DNA of 64,000 nt from Chiloscyllium plagiosum (lineage: Eukaryota): assembly GCF_004010195.1 (NCBI RefSeq), contig NC_057718.1, forward strand, positions 67,893,872-67,957,871, given 5' to 3'. Of the stretch, positions 24,258 to 36,712 are shown piece by piece. Made by a program: the position numbers and the translations under genes. Positions within the stretch are counted from its first letter, which is position 1; each line of letters starts with the position of its first letter. The notes beneath the pieces were generated by a model that did not search any database, was not told the DNA's origin, and saw only the letters and a program-made list of their open reading frames with translations.

Positions 24258-24576
24258 GGAGGAGAACATGAGGATTCCTACCTTGAAGACCTTACTGCGA
24301 AGTCTCTTCCAAGAATGCCTACCTTGAAGTTCTCCTCCTCCCTCTACAAACTGGGCATCCTCCACTGTCAAACCATTACCACCTGATGCCTGGAGGAAGA
24401 ACACTTCATTTTCTGCCTTGGGACCCTCCAATCACATAGGATCAATGTGGATTTCATCAGTCTCCTCTTAGACCACAAGCCTTTTCCTGATGAAATGCTT
24501 ATGCTTGAAAAGTCAGTGCTCCTTTTCCTCGGTTGTTGCCTGACTGGCAGTGCTTTTCCAGCACCACACTCTTTGA
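24258..24576 (+). mobile_element. PLE 3' fragment inserted in LINE
   Basis: EEEHFIFCLGTLQSHRINVDF; CTGATGA at 24487; flanks atctaaccattgc (24245-24257) and atctaaacattgc (24577-24589). Confidence 0.75.
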
Positions 24577-25204
24577 ATCTAAACATTGCCCCTTGATATT
24601 CAGTGGCATTACAATCACTGAATTCCTAACTATCAACATCCTGGGGGCTACCATTGACCAGGAACTCACTGGACTGACTGTATCAATAAATCATTACAAG
24701 AGCAGACCAGAGGCTAGAACTGTAATAAGTAATTCACCTCCTGACTCTTCAAAGCCTATTGCCATCAAAAAGTGCAAGTCAAGAATGTGATGAAATACTC
24801 CCCACTTGATTGTATGAGTGGAACTGTAACAAAAGTTTTACTGCATACAGTACAAAGCAACCTGCTTGATTGACACCACTTCTGCAAATATCCCTCCACT
24901 ACTGCTCTCAGTTGCAGCAGCATGTACTCTCTACAAGATTTCTTGCAGAAATTCACCAAACATCTTTAGCACCTCCAAATTCATGACCATTTTCATCTAG
25001 AAAGACCAGGGCAGCGGATTTGTGGGAACACTACTATCTGCCAGTTCTCCTCCAAGCCACTCACCATCTTGACTTGGAATTTTGTTGCAGTTGCTTCACT
25101 TGCTGGGTCAAATCCTGGAATTCCCTCCCTATGGCATTGTGGGTGTATCTACAGCTCAGGAATTGCAGTGGTTCAGGAAGGCAGCAAGACGGCCCATAAA
25201 TGCA

Positions 25205-25478
25205 GAAGAGAAAATGAGGTCTGCAGATGCTGGAGATCAGAGATGGAAATGTGTTGCTGGAGAAGCGCAGCAGGTCAGGCAGCATCTAGGGAACAGGAGA
25301 ATCGACGTTTCGGGCATTAGCCCTTCTTCAGGAATGAGGAAAGTTTGTCCAGCAGGCTAAGATAAAAGATAGGGAGGAGGGACTTGGGGGAGGGGCGTCT
25401 GAAATGTGATAGGTGGAAAAAGGTCAAGGTGAGGGTGATAGGACAGATTGGGGTGGGGGCGGAGAGGTCGGGAAGAAG
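25205..25478 (-). mobile_element. Young PLE pLTR fragment
   Basis: Same family as 33275 and 61911 inserts; CpGs retained. Confidence 0.8.
25302..25334 (-). ncRNA. Minimal hammerhead ribozyme motif, intact core
   Basis: ttcCTGAAGAaGGGCtaatGCCCGAAACGTCga. Confidence 0.7.
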
Positions 25479-26464
25479 GCTATCCAGTGATGCACGCTTC
25501 CCACAAGTGAATTAAAACCAATAATAAAGAGAGCCTTGCACCTATGTTATAGAGTTTCCAGCATGGGAAATATGCATAGGAGTTGCATAAGTACCAGTAA
25601 AACATTTCATTTTATTAAATGGGTCCGATTAGTTTATACAGATTATCTGTATGTTTGTCCTTATTGGTACAGAGTTTATTACATGGACGATTGTTACCTT
25701 GTATTCCATCAGTTACCCTATAAAAAGAAAAAAAGGTGCCTTGTTTCCTTTACACCAATAAAGATTAACCCAGTCTTTTCTAGCAAAAATTGTGCAATTC
25801 AAGAGTCAACCTTGCAAATCCTCTCTACAAGTTGTGTTTTCATTTCTTTGGAATTATAAATACTAGCATTTTGTTTAGTGTTTTTTTCCTATGGCTTTTG
25901 TTTTCAATGCTATCTATCTGCATTGCTACTTTGAACAAATGTGTGTACCAGGCCTTTGCTTCATCCCATTTAGATTTTAATACTCAGTAAGTATTTGCCC
26001 TGTTTATTCTTTATAAAATGTGCACTTATTTGTTTTTTGTTCCCATTCCTCAAGTTTATCAAAGTTGTCTTGTAGTTTTGTCATGCACTTCTGTTTTAAC
26101 TGCATGTCACAATTTAATGTGATCAGCAAATGCTGAAACAGTAATTCTGACTCAAGTTGAATGGTCAATGTAAATGGTGAACAACAGTGTTCCCAATGGA
26201 ATATCGCTCCCACCTTTTGCCAGTTGGCATAAACACTCTCAACTCCAACTCTCTTCTGTAGCCAGCTTATTATCCTGACTACCTAAGTCACCTAAATGTG
26301 AACAGTAGGGAGTGAACTGAGTTATGGACTGTACCTCAAAAGCAATTGACTCAATATACAATTTCTTATTGAAATCTCAGAATACACCAGTTTGACTAAA
26401 TTATTAATGCAGTTGTATCTATCTTCAATGTTTTCAATTCAAGATTTCAGTAAAACCCAAAAAA

Positions 26465-26700
26465 GAGTACTGTGAAAGCTTCTGCCCTTAGGACTAGGAG
26501 TTAAACAGGGACCAGCATGTTCCAGTAACTGAACAAAACACAACCGTCCCTTTGTTTAAAGAAGAATAGGGAGTTCTTGACAAACATCCCTCAACTAGCT
26601 TCACCCCAAAATCATTCATCTTGTTTATGTACAAAACAGTTGTAATATTTTGCCTAAGAAATAACATGAGAAATTAATTTTGAGAAATTTCAAATTACGA
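26465..26700 (+). mobile_element. Highly decayed Deu-domain SINE-like remnant
   Basis: agtactg...gttaaac...gaagaatagggagttct...atccctcaac in the same order as the 21176 copy. Confidence 0.4.
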
Positions 26701-27919
26701 GGTGAGTGTAAGCAATACATTGGAGTTATCGTTAGGTGAGATATTTATCCTCATTATCCTTTGACTCTAGTAATGCCATGCTGTAGTGGCATCTTGCACA
26801 GAACTGTTTCATTCAACATTGTTTTCCTTTGGTAGGTGCTGTAGGAAGAATCTAGGAATAGTGGAATTATCCTTGCAGGAGAAATGCAACCAATCCCCAA
26901 TAATGTGTAAATTGCCCTGTTAACGATCCTGTCTTTGAGTAGAATTAGTTCCTGGATATCAGAGAAACAGCTCAGTTTTGCTGCAAACAGAATGTCATGC
27001 ATGAAGATTGAGGGAGGAAGATGGTGTATTAGTGCTGCTACCTACAGAGCCTTTTGGCTTCTTCATGCAAGGTGTTTTTTTTCAAACTGAGCTTTGAACA
27101 ATATTTGAAAATGCTGTTTTCACCCTCAATGCCATATAATGTCTGAATAACTAATGAAAGTGGAAGGTCAGTGCTGGCAAAGTTAATTTCCGTAATCTTT
27201 CAAGCTCTGCTTCCAGGTCCACGAACAATATAGATTAGCAAAAAATTCTTGCCTTATTCTAGTACAGTGTTATGATGCAATAGTCAATTTTTCATTCATG
27301 TGTTTTGCTTTGTTTTGTTATGATTTAAGTTACATGGACAAGCATTTGAGAATGCTGAAAATTAAGGTGAGGACTAATAACTGACTGCACTTGTTGGGTC
27401 TTCCAAAAAGTGAAATCATTTACCAATGTCCTCGAAAAGCTTACACTGGAGTACTGTTGCACTTTCATTGGCTCATCACCCCTGTGTAATGAAACCTGCC
27501 TATAACCTGCCGTTACCGACTTAACATTTCATTATTTTGGGCTCGTCGAATCTATATAGGGAATGGTGTCAAAATTTTTTATAGAAGCTTTTTCTGGCAT
27601 TCACTGCCATATTACAATCAGTAAATAAATGCTCTAAAGTTTCCTCTACAGCTGCAGACAGAATTTGTGTGTAAGGTAAGTGAATGAGGTCATAAGGTGG
27701 CAGGTAAGTGAACAAGAGGGTGAAGGTTGGAAGTGGACAGGTAAGTGATGGAAGTGGAATCTGGGTGGTTGGATATTTGAATGTCGAGAGTGTGATTGCT
27801 CAGGGGTTAGTTTGAGTAATTGGGAAAGGGAGGGTGTGGTCTGTTGCATAGTTATCCAAGAGTTGGAGCAGGTTTTAATGCTCTTAATGTTTCCTGAGTA
27901 GCAATCCAATTTGGGCAAA

Positions 27920-28590
27920 AGTCATAGTTCCTTGAAAGTAGAGTCACAGGTGGATAGAATAGTGAAGAAGGTATGTTTGGCATTATTAGCCAGAGCATTG
28001 AGTGTAGGAGTTGGGAGGTCATGTTGCGATTGTACAGGACATTGGTTTGGCCACTTTTGGAATATTGCATTCAATTCTAGTCTCCTTCCTAATGAGAGGA
28101 TGTTGTGAAACTTGAAAGGGTTCAGAAAAGATGTACAAGGATGTTCCTAGGGTTGGAGGATTTGAGCTGTCGGGAGAGGATGAATAGTCTGGGGCTGTTT
28201 TCCCTGGAGCGTCGGAGGCTGAGGGGTGACCTTACAGAGGTTTATAAAATCATAAGGGGCATGGATAGGATAAATAGACAAGGTCTTTTCCCTGGGGTGG
28301 GGGGTCCAGAGCTAGAGGGCATAGGTTTAGGGTGAGAGGGGAAAGATATAAAAGAGACCTAAGGGGCAAAGTTTTCATGCAGAGGGTGATGCATGTATAG
28401 AATAAGCTGCCAGAGAAGTCTAGAACAATTACAGCATTTAAAAGACATCTGGATGGGTATATGAATAGAAAGAGTTTAGAGAGATATGGGCCAAGTGCTG
28501 GCAAATGTGACGAGATTAGGTTAGATATTTGGTCAGCATGGGAGGAGTTGGAGTGAAGGGTCTGTTTCTGTGCCATACATCTCTATGACT
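27920..28590 (+). mobile_element. CR1 3' fragment
   Basis: KVESQVDRIVKK, LERVQKR, RRLRGDLTEVYKI; tail ctctatgact. Confidence 0.92.
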
Positions 28591-28699
28591 AGCTCAGAAG
28601 GATTCCAGATGCAGGGTAATTGATCATCAGAAGTTTAAACTTCTTGACAAGTTCCCTTCTAGCCAGTGATTTGGGAATTCTGAGTCGTCCCAACGTGAA

Positions 28700-28878
28700 T
28701 CTGTCTGTCTTCATTTGTCTGAAAAATGGAAGGTCTGGGCTTGTCTTTTTGTGGACAGGTTGCAGCTTCCCCATGCAGATACATCAGAGATGTCATTATA
28801 CGCCTCTGGAGCAGGTGGAACCTGAACCTGGGTTCAGGCTCAGAGGCAATGACATAACCACTGTGCCACAAGAGCCCT
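28700..28878 (-). mobile_element. tRNA-derived SINE remnant (non-HE1)
   Basis: Minus head gggctcttgtggcacagtggttatgtc...caggttcaggttcca; similar head at ~20885-20960 on +. Confidence 0.55.
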
Positions 28879-28921
28879 CAAAAACATGCTCCTATTTGCC
28901 AACAGCAGATGGCAAAGATCA

Positions 28922-28992
28922 TCCTATTCTTGTTGGGGAATTGAATCCTGGTCTACCCCATAGCAGACCAAGATAATGACCACTATAATAAA
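28922..28992 (-). pseudogene. Degenerate tRNA-Asp-like sequence
   Basis: Minus ttattatagtggtcattatc...agaccaggattcaattccccaac resembles tRNA-Asp (tagtatagtggtgagtatc...agaccggggttcgattccccgac); anticodon arm destroyed. Confidence 0.4.
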
Positions 28993-29144
28993 GCAGATTC
29001 CAAGCTTCCTCATGCAGTGTTCATCCAACAGTAATCCTGAAAGATTGCTTATTGTTCAGTCTCTGAACCTGTCAAAAAGTATCCAGTTAGGACCAGTGCA
29101 TGTTTTAGTGCAGTGGTTTTATTCATGTATTAATTCTTGAAAAT

Positions 29145-29290
29145 TGTATGATGTGGAGGTGCCAGTGTTGGACTGTAGAAGACAAAGTTAAAAATCACAG
29201 AACCCACCAGGACAGCTCCCTGATGAAGGAGCTGCGCTCCAAAAGCTAGTACTTCCAAGTAAACCTATTGGACGATAATCTGGTGTCATG
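29145..29290. mobile_element. Fold-back PLE-end fragment (AGCT-palindrome family)
   Basis: Inverted tail followed by CTGATGAaGGAGCtgcGCTCCaaaAGCTa from 29220. Confidence 0.7.
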
Positions 29291-29661
29291 CAAAGTGGAC
29301 TGCATACATAATAGCATGTTATAAACATATAGAATTGTCAGAACATTACAACAGCAAGGAAGAAAGAATGTCCTACTGAAGATTTTGAACTTGGAGTGCC
29401 TTCAGACTCTCAGATTTTCAGAAGTTCAGAATATATTCAGAAAGTTGAAATCTATAGGTCAGTACGTTAAGATGCCTGCAGCATATTTTGTAAATGTTTC
29501 TGAATATTAATGTTTGGTGGAAACCAGAACTAATATAATGTTTTAAACTAAATTTAATAAATTGTTTACTTTGTAATTACTTATAATGTATTAATACTTT
29601 TAACATAATAAAGTGTTGCCGAGGTACTTCATTATAAAGCACAGTTTGCCACAAAGCAACT

Positions 29662-31395
29662 TAGAGTCATATAGCATGGAAACAGACCCTTCGGTCCAAC
29701 CAGACCATACCAAACATAATCCCAAACTAAACTAGTTCTACCTGTCTGCTACTGGTCCATATCCCTCCAAACCTTTCCTATTCATGTATCCACCCAAATG
29801 TCTTTCACATGTTGTAATTGTACCAGCAACCACCACTTTCTCAGGAAGTTCATTCCACCTTCCGTGTAAAAAAATGTGCCTCTTGGCTTTTTAAATCTCT
29901 CTCCACTTATCTTAAAAAATGTGCCCCCAAGTCTTGAAATCCCCCATCCTAGGAAAAAGACAGCTACCATTAACTCTATCATTATTTTAGAAACTTCAGA
30001 TCACCTCTCAATCTCCTCTGCTCAGTGGAAAAAAAGGTCCCAGCCTATCCACTCTTTCTTTATAACTCAAACCTTCCACACATGAAAACATCTTGGTAAA
30101 TCTCTTCTGAACCCTCCCCAGCTTAATAATATCTTTCCTATGACTGGGTGACCAGAACTGGAAACAGTATTCCAGAAAAGGCCTCACCAATGTCCGATCC
30201 AACCTCAACATGACTTCCCAATTCCTATACTCAGAAGACTGAGCAATGAAGACATGAGTGCCAATACCTTTTTAACCACTATATCTATATGTGAGGCAAA
30301 CCTCAACTAATTATGTACCTGCACTCTAGATCCCTCTGTTCCACAACAGGCCCTATCATTATTTGTGTAAGCCCTATCCTTGTTGTACCACATTGTAATA
30401 ACTTGCATTTATCTGGATTGATCTCCAGCTACTATTTTTCAGCCCATTGACCCATTTAATCAAGATCCCTTTGTAATCTTAGAAAACCTTCTTCATTGTT
30501 ACATTGCCACCAATTTTGGTGTCTCCTTCAAACTTATTCATCGAGTCTTCTATATTCTAATCCAAATCATTTATAAATGATAAACAAAAGAGAATCCAGA
30601 ACCGATCCCTGTGGAACACCACTGGTCACAGGTCTCCAGTCTGAAAGCAGCCCTCCACCATTACTCTGCTTCTGACGTTAAGCCAATTATCCAATTCGCA
30701 TGCTTAGTGTGAATCCCATGTGACCTAATTTTACTAATTAGTCTTTCATGCGGAACCTTTGTTGGAGGCTTTACTAAAATCTAAATAAATAACATCTGCT
30801 CTGCCATCATTAATTTTTTTGGTAACATTCCTCAAAAAAAACTTAATCAAGTTTGTGAGACATGATTTTTCTCGCCCAAAACCATGCTGACTTTCCTTCA
30901 TTTCTGCCCCTCTAAATGTCAATAAGTCTTATCTTTTATAATCGCCTCAAACAATTACCCACAAGTGAAGTCAGACTCTCAAGTCTGTAGTTCCCTGTAT
31001 TCTCCTTGGAACCTTTTTTAAACAAAGGTACAACATTAGCCACTCTCTAGTCATCAGGCACCTCACCCATAGTTATAGATGATGAAAATATTTCTGCAAG
31101 TGATCTTGTAATTTTCTCTCCTCTTCCCACAATGTTCTCGGATACATTAGTCCAGGAGATTTATCCACCTTCATATTCACTAAAACTCTCTCAAACTTAC
31201 TCTTCTGTAATGTGAACCGTTCCTTAAAATATCAAAGTTTATTTCTCTGCATTCTCTTGACTGCATTTTTTTCTCCACTGTAAAAACTGTATGAAATATT
31301 TATTTAATATCTCTCTCATCTCCTGAGGTTCAAAACAACGGCAACCTCTGTGAACTTAGAGGCCCTACTTTCTCTCTAGTTACCCTCTTGTTCTG
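29662..31395 (-). mobile_element. Decayed CR1 (RT + 3' UTR)
   Basis: LVRPFLEYCFQFWSPSHRKDIIKLGRVQKRFT; GVPQGS-like gtgttccacagggatcgg near 30610. Confidence 0.9.
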
Positions 31396-31704
31396 TTAAT
31401 AAGACATATGATCACAAATTTGGTCAAAGAAATAGGACTTAAGGTACGTCATAGAGGGCAAAAAAGTGGCAAAATGTTTGTGAATGGAATGCCGGAGGTT
31501 AGGAATTGGCAGCTGAAGGCATAGCCATAAATGGTTAATAGTACTGGTGTCGATATTGCAGCGGCCTGTGTAGTTGAAGAGATTGGAGCTGAAGAAGCGC
31601 AAGGCATGAAATATTTTGACAACAAAGTTGAAAATTGTAAAATCAGGTGTACTTCAATGGGAGCCAGTATAGTTTGGTGTGGGTACTGGGATGATGGGTG
31701 AGTG

Positions 31705-34700
31705 GATGACCATTTAAATACCCTTAAAGTTGGTGAGTCTGCTACTGTTGCAGGCAGTGCATTCCACGCCCATACTACTCTGAGTAAAGAAACTACCTCT
31801 TACATCTGTCCTATATCTATCATCCCTCAATTTAAAGCTATGTCTCCTCGTGCTAACCATCACCAATCAAGGAAAAAGGCTCTCACTCTAACCCTCTAAT
31901 TATCTTAAATGTCTCAACTAATTCACCTCTCAACCTCCTTCTCTTGAACAAAAACAGCCTCAAGTCCCTCAGCCTTTCCTCATTAGACTTTCCCTCCATA
32001 CCAGGCACATCCTAGTAAATCTCCTCTGAACCCTTTCCAAAGCTTCCACATTCTTCCTATAATGGGGTGACAAGAGCTATACACAATATTCCAAGTGCGA
32101 CCACATCAGAGTTTTGTACTGCTGCAGCATGACATCATGGATCTGAAACTCAATCCCTCTCCCAATAAAAGCCAACACACTGTATGTTTTCTTAACAATC
32201 CTATCAACCTGTGTGGCAACTTTCAAGGATCCCTCTACTCATCTACACTACCAAGAATCTTACCATTAGCCCCATCCTCTGCATTCCTGTTGCTCCTTCC
32301 AAAGTGAATCACCTCACACTTTTCCGCATTAAACTCCATTTTCCACCTCTCAGCCCAGGTCTGCAGCTTATCTATGTCCCTCTGTAACCTACAACATCCT
32401 TCTGCACTATCCACAACTCTATCAACCTTAGTGCTATCTACATATTTAGTAACCCATCCTTCTATGCTCTCATCCAGCTCATTTATAAAAATGGCAAACA
32501 GCAATAGACCCAAAACAGATCCTTACAGTACACCACAAGTAACTGAACTCCAGGATGAACATTTCCCATTAACCATCACCCTCTGTCATTTTTCTGCTAG
32601 CCAATTTCTGATCCAAACCACTAAATCACCTTCAATCCCATGCTTCCATATTTTGTGCAATAGCCTACCGTGGGGAACGTTAACAAACGCCTTACTAAAA
32701 TCCATATACACCCCATGAACTGCTTTACCCTCATCCACCTGTTTGGTCACCATCTCAAAGATCTCAATAAGGTTTGTGAGGCACGACAGACCCTTCACAA
32801 AACAGTGTTGACTATCCCTAATCAACATATCCCTTTCTAGATGATTATAAATCCTCACTCTTATAACCTTTTCCAACACTTTAACCATAACCCAAGTAAG
32901 GCTCACTGGTCTATAATTACCAGGGTTTCTCTACTCCCCTTCATGAACAAGGGGACAATATTTGCTATCCTCCAGTCTTCTGGCACTATTCCTGTAGACA
33001 ATGACAACATAAAGATCAAAGCCAAAGGTGCGGCAATCTAGGCTAAATCCCACCCGACCCAGGGGACTTATCCATTTTTACACCTTCCAGAATTGCTAAC
33101 CTCCTTGTGAAACTCAATCGCATGTAGTCTAGTAGCCTGTATCTCTGTATTCTCCTCAACAGCATTGTCTTTTTCCAGTGTAAATACTGACAAAAAACAT
33201 TTATTTAGCACTTCCCCTGTCTCCTCTGACTCCACGCACAACTTCCCACTCCTATCCTTGATTGGCCCTAACCTGAAGAAGGGCTTATGCCCGAAACGTC
33301 GATTCTCCTGTTCCCTGGATGCTGCCTGATCTGCTGCGCTTTTCCAGAAACACATTTTCAGCACTGGCCCTAACCTTATTCTAGTCATTCTTTATTTCCT
33401 GATATACCTTGGAAAACTTTAGGGTTTTCGTTGATCTTACCTGCCAACAACTTCCCATGTCCTCTCCTGGCTCCTCTTGGCTCTTCATTTAGGTCTTTCC
33501 TGGCTAACCTATAACTCTCAAGCGCACTAACTGAGCCTTCACATCTCATCCAAACTTAGGCCTCCTTCTTCCTCTTGACAAAAGATTCAACTTCTTTAGT
33601 AAGCCACGGCTCCCGAGCTCAACAACTTTTTCCCTGGCTGACAGGTATATACTTATCAAGGACGTGCAGTAGCTGTTCCTTGATTAAGCTCCACATTTCA
33701 ATTGTGCCCATCCCCTGCAGTTTTCTTCCTCATCTGATGCATCCTAAATCTTGCCTAATCAATAATAACTGCCTTTCCACCATCTATAACTCTTGCCTGT
33801 GGTATCTACCTATCCCTTTCCATCGCTAATGTAAACATAATTGAATTGTGGTCACTATCACAAAGTGCTCACCTACTTCCAAATCTAATGCCTGGCCAGG
33901 TTCATTCCCCAGTACCAAATCCAATGTGGCTTCGCCCCTTGTTGGCTTGTTTACACACTCTGTCAGGAAACCATCCTGCACACATTAGACAAAAATTGAC
34001 CCATCTAAAGTACTCTAACTACAGTATTTCCAGTCAATATTTGGAAAGTTAAAGTCCTCATACAAACTATTCCTGTTACTGTTGCTACTATCCAGAATTA
34101 TCTTTGCTATCCTTTCCTCTACATCTCTGGAACTATTTGAAGGACTATACAAAACTTCCAATAAGGTGATCTCTCCTTTCTGTTTCTAACCTCAGCCCAT
34201 ACTCCCTTAGTAGATGAGTCCTCAAACATCCTTAATGCAACTGTAATATCGTCCTTGAAATCACCACAACATTGATGTCCCAGGTACCAACCCATGCTGC
34301 AAGTTCACTCACTTTATTCCGGATGCTCCTGACGTTGAAGTAGATACGCTTCAAACCAACTTCTTCCTTGCTGGTGCCCTTTTGCAAACCTTATTTCTGA
34401 TCTCACTACTCTCAACCTCCTGTATACTCGAACTGCAATTTGGGTTCCCATCCCCCTGCAGAATTAGTTTAAACCCACCCGAAGAGCATTAGCAAATCTT
34501 CCCCCTAGAGTACAGGTAACCCTCTAGTTCAGGTGAACAGTATTCTGTTTGTAGAGGTCCCACCTACCCCAGAACATGCCCCAATTATCCAGGAATCCAA
34601 AACAGTCCCTCTTGCACCATCCCTGTAACTACGTGTTCAACTCCTCTCTCTCCCTATTCCTCGCCTCACTAGCACATGGTACGGGTAACAAACCAGCGAT

Positions 34701-35655
34701 AACTCTGTGTTAGCACTAAGCTTCCACCCCAACTCCCTGAATTTCTGCCTTAAGTCCCCATCCCATTTCTGCCTATGTGGACCATGACTTGGGGCTTTTA
34801 CCCCTATCCCTCAAGGATCCCAAAAACACAATCAAAGACATCATGAACCCAGGCACCTGGGAGACAACACACCAACCGTGAGTCGCTCTTGATCCCACAG
34901 AACCTCCTATCTGTTCCACTAACTATGGAGTCCCCAATGACTAATGCTCTGCTCCTCTTCCCTCTCACCTTATGGGCAACAGGGACAAACTCTGTGCCAG
35001 ACACCTGTGCCCCATTGCTTACCCCGGTAAGTAATCGCGCCCCCCACAGTATTTAAAATGGTATAAGTTTTGTTGAGGGCTAATGGACACAGAGGATCGT
35101 TGCACTGCCTGCTGGTTCCCTTTCTGTCACCTGATAGCAACCCATCTACCTTCGACCTTCTTCTTGTACCTGAGGCATGACTACCTCCCTGTAATTCCTC
35201 TTAATAACCCCCTCCACCTCCCAAATGATCCAAAGTTCATCCAGCTCCAGTTCCCTAACGTGGTTTTCGAGGAGCTGGAGTTGGGTGTACTTCCTGCAGA
35301 TGTAGTCAGCAGGGACACGAGTGATCCTTACCTCCAACATTCCGCAGGAGGAACAGTTAGCTGCCCTAATCTCCATTCCGACTATTCTAAATTCCCAATA
35401 AGACTACTGAAAACATTTTTTTAAAAAGTAAAAACTAGTCCACTTACCACTTTGGTGTGCAGAACCTTCTTTTTTGATTAGAGGAGGAGGATGGTTGGGA
35501 GACATTACCCGAGTAGTGTTTTGGGTAAGGCAACTGCCCAAATATAAAGCCTCATTTACCCAGCAGTCCAGGGTTCACTCCTGTTCTGCGTGCACTCCGC
35601 TTTTCTGCGGGCCTCTGGTTCTCGCTGTTGTTCCTCCCATTTCAACTGCTGCCGG
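31705..35655 (-). mobile_element. Near full-length decayed CR1 (5' UTR, ORF1 Zn-finger + esterase, ORF2), lacking extreme 3' end
   Basis: CSSCGMLEV..DYICRK (35146-35376); ALVIGDSIVSGTDRRFCG (34804-35004); DSQHCFVKG, YMDFSKAF, KYVDSTK. Confidence 0.93.
33275..33364 (+). mobile_element. 90-bp hammerhead-bearing mini-insertion in CR1
   Basis: CTGAAGAaGGGCttatGCCCGAAACGTC (33273-33300); perfect 12-bp duplication tggccctaacct at 33263-33274 and 33365-33376. Confidence 0.88.
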
Positions 35656-36549
35656 AAAAAAATGGATATCCTTTATGAAGGATAAAATGTGATTCCTTGA
35701 AATTTTCACTGGCAGAACCTCTGGAAAAGTATTAAATTTCTTAAAATTCCATCTTGCATCTGCAGGCTGACATGCGAGAGATTATTGTTCATGGAAGTGT
35801 ACCATCCTTGATTTGTAACAGGATTTAAAAGGCCAGGTCCTGAGGCAAGACTTGGTTCGTTTCAACCCCAGCCGAAGTTTATTATGTTAATAACAGAAGC
35901 TATCTGCAGTAAAGGAATTTCGCACATCTAGCAATAATACAGGGAAATACTTCTTTAAAAATTTCATGATCTTGCTAATCTTTCTGGGGCAAGCAAACTT
36001 GCTGTTCTTGAGCTGGATTTGGTCAGGTAATTGCCTAAAACTTACATAACAGCTCAGACCAAAAATCACATTTAGAGTTACCTCGCCCATAACTCTCTCC
36101 TATTTTTCCTGGTGCATCCGCATGCTTAATACGCATTTCTGTTGAAATATTTATATCTTGTAGTTTGTTCCACTGTTACATATTGTTGGATCATTACACT
36201 GTAGGTTATTGAGATACACTATGCTCTAGAATTAGGTCATGTAAGTTTATCTGCACTAGGCCACTTGACATTCTCTGGCATAAATGTTTAGACATATTTC
36301 TGATCATTTTACTTTGATGTGTAGTTTCTGATTGTGGCGTTATGTGCAAACCAAAAAATAAGTAGACTTTAGTTAAACCTTACGAGTGCACACCAGGGGC
36401 CCGCTTAATTCCAATTTGACTTTGAGGTTATGCGTAAGGAGATTAATGACAGAAGTAAACTGAAGTCAGAGCCTCCTGTAAAGAAGGACTTGTATTTGTA
36501 TAGCACTTTGCACTATTTCAGGACATGTCAAAATATGTTACAATTAATA

Positions 36550-36712
36550 AACAAAAGCCAAAAGAACAATGGATGCTGTAAATCTGAAACAAGAACTAAA
36601 ATTGTCATAAAAGCTCAGCAGGTCTGACAGCATCTGTGGAGAGAAATCAGAGTTAATGTTTCAGATCGAGTGACTCTTCCTCTGGGTTCCTCCCAATTTC
36701 TGTTTTGGTTGC
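36550..36712 (-). mobile_element. PLE pLTR tail fragment in an old SINE/L2 tail
   Basis: cagcatctgtggagagaaatcagagttaatgtttc matches 2734-2765. Confidence 0.7.

Larger units (their letters stand above)
24110..25520 (+). mobile_element. Non-LTR retrotransposon (CR1/L2-group, distinct family) RT C-terminus + 3' UTR
   Basis: QQDLDDIQAW..., CPLIFSGITITEFLTINILGATIDQEL; split by two PLE insertions. Confidence 0.75.
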
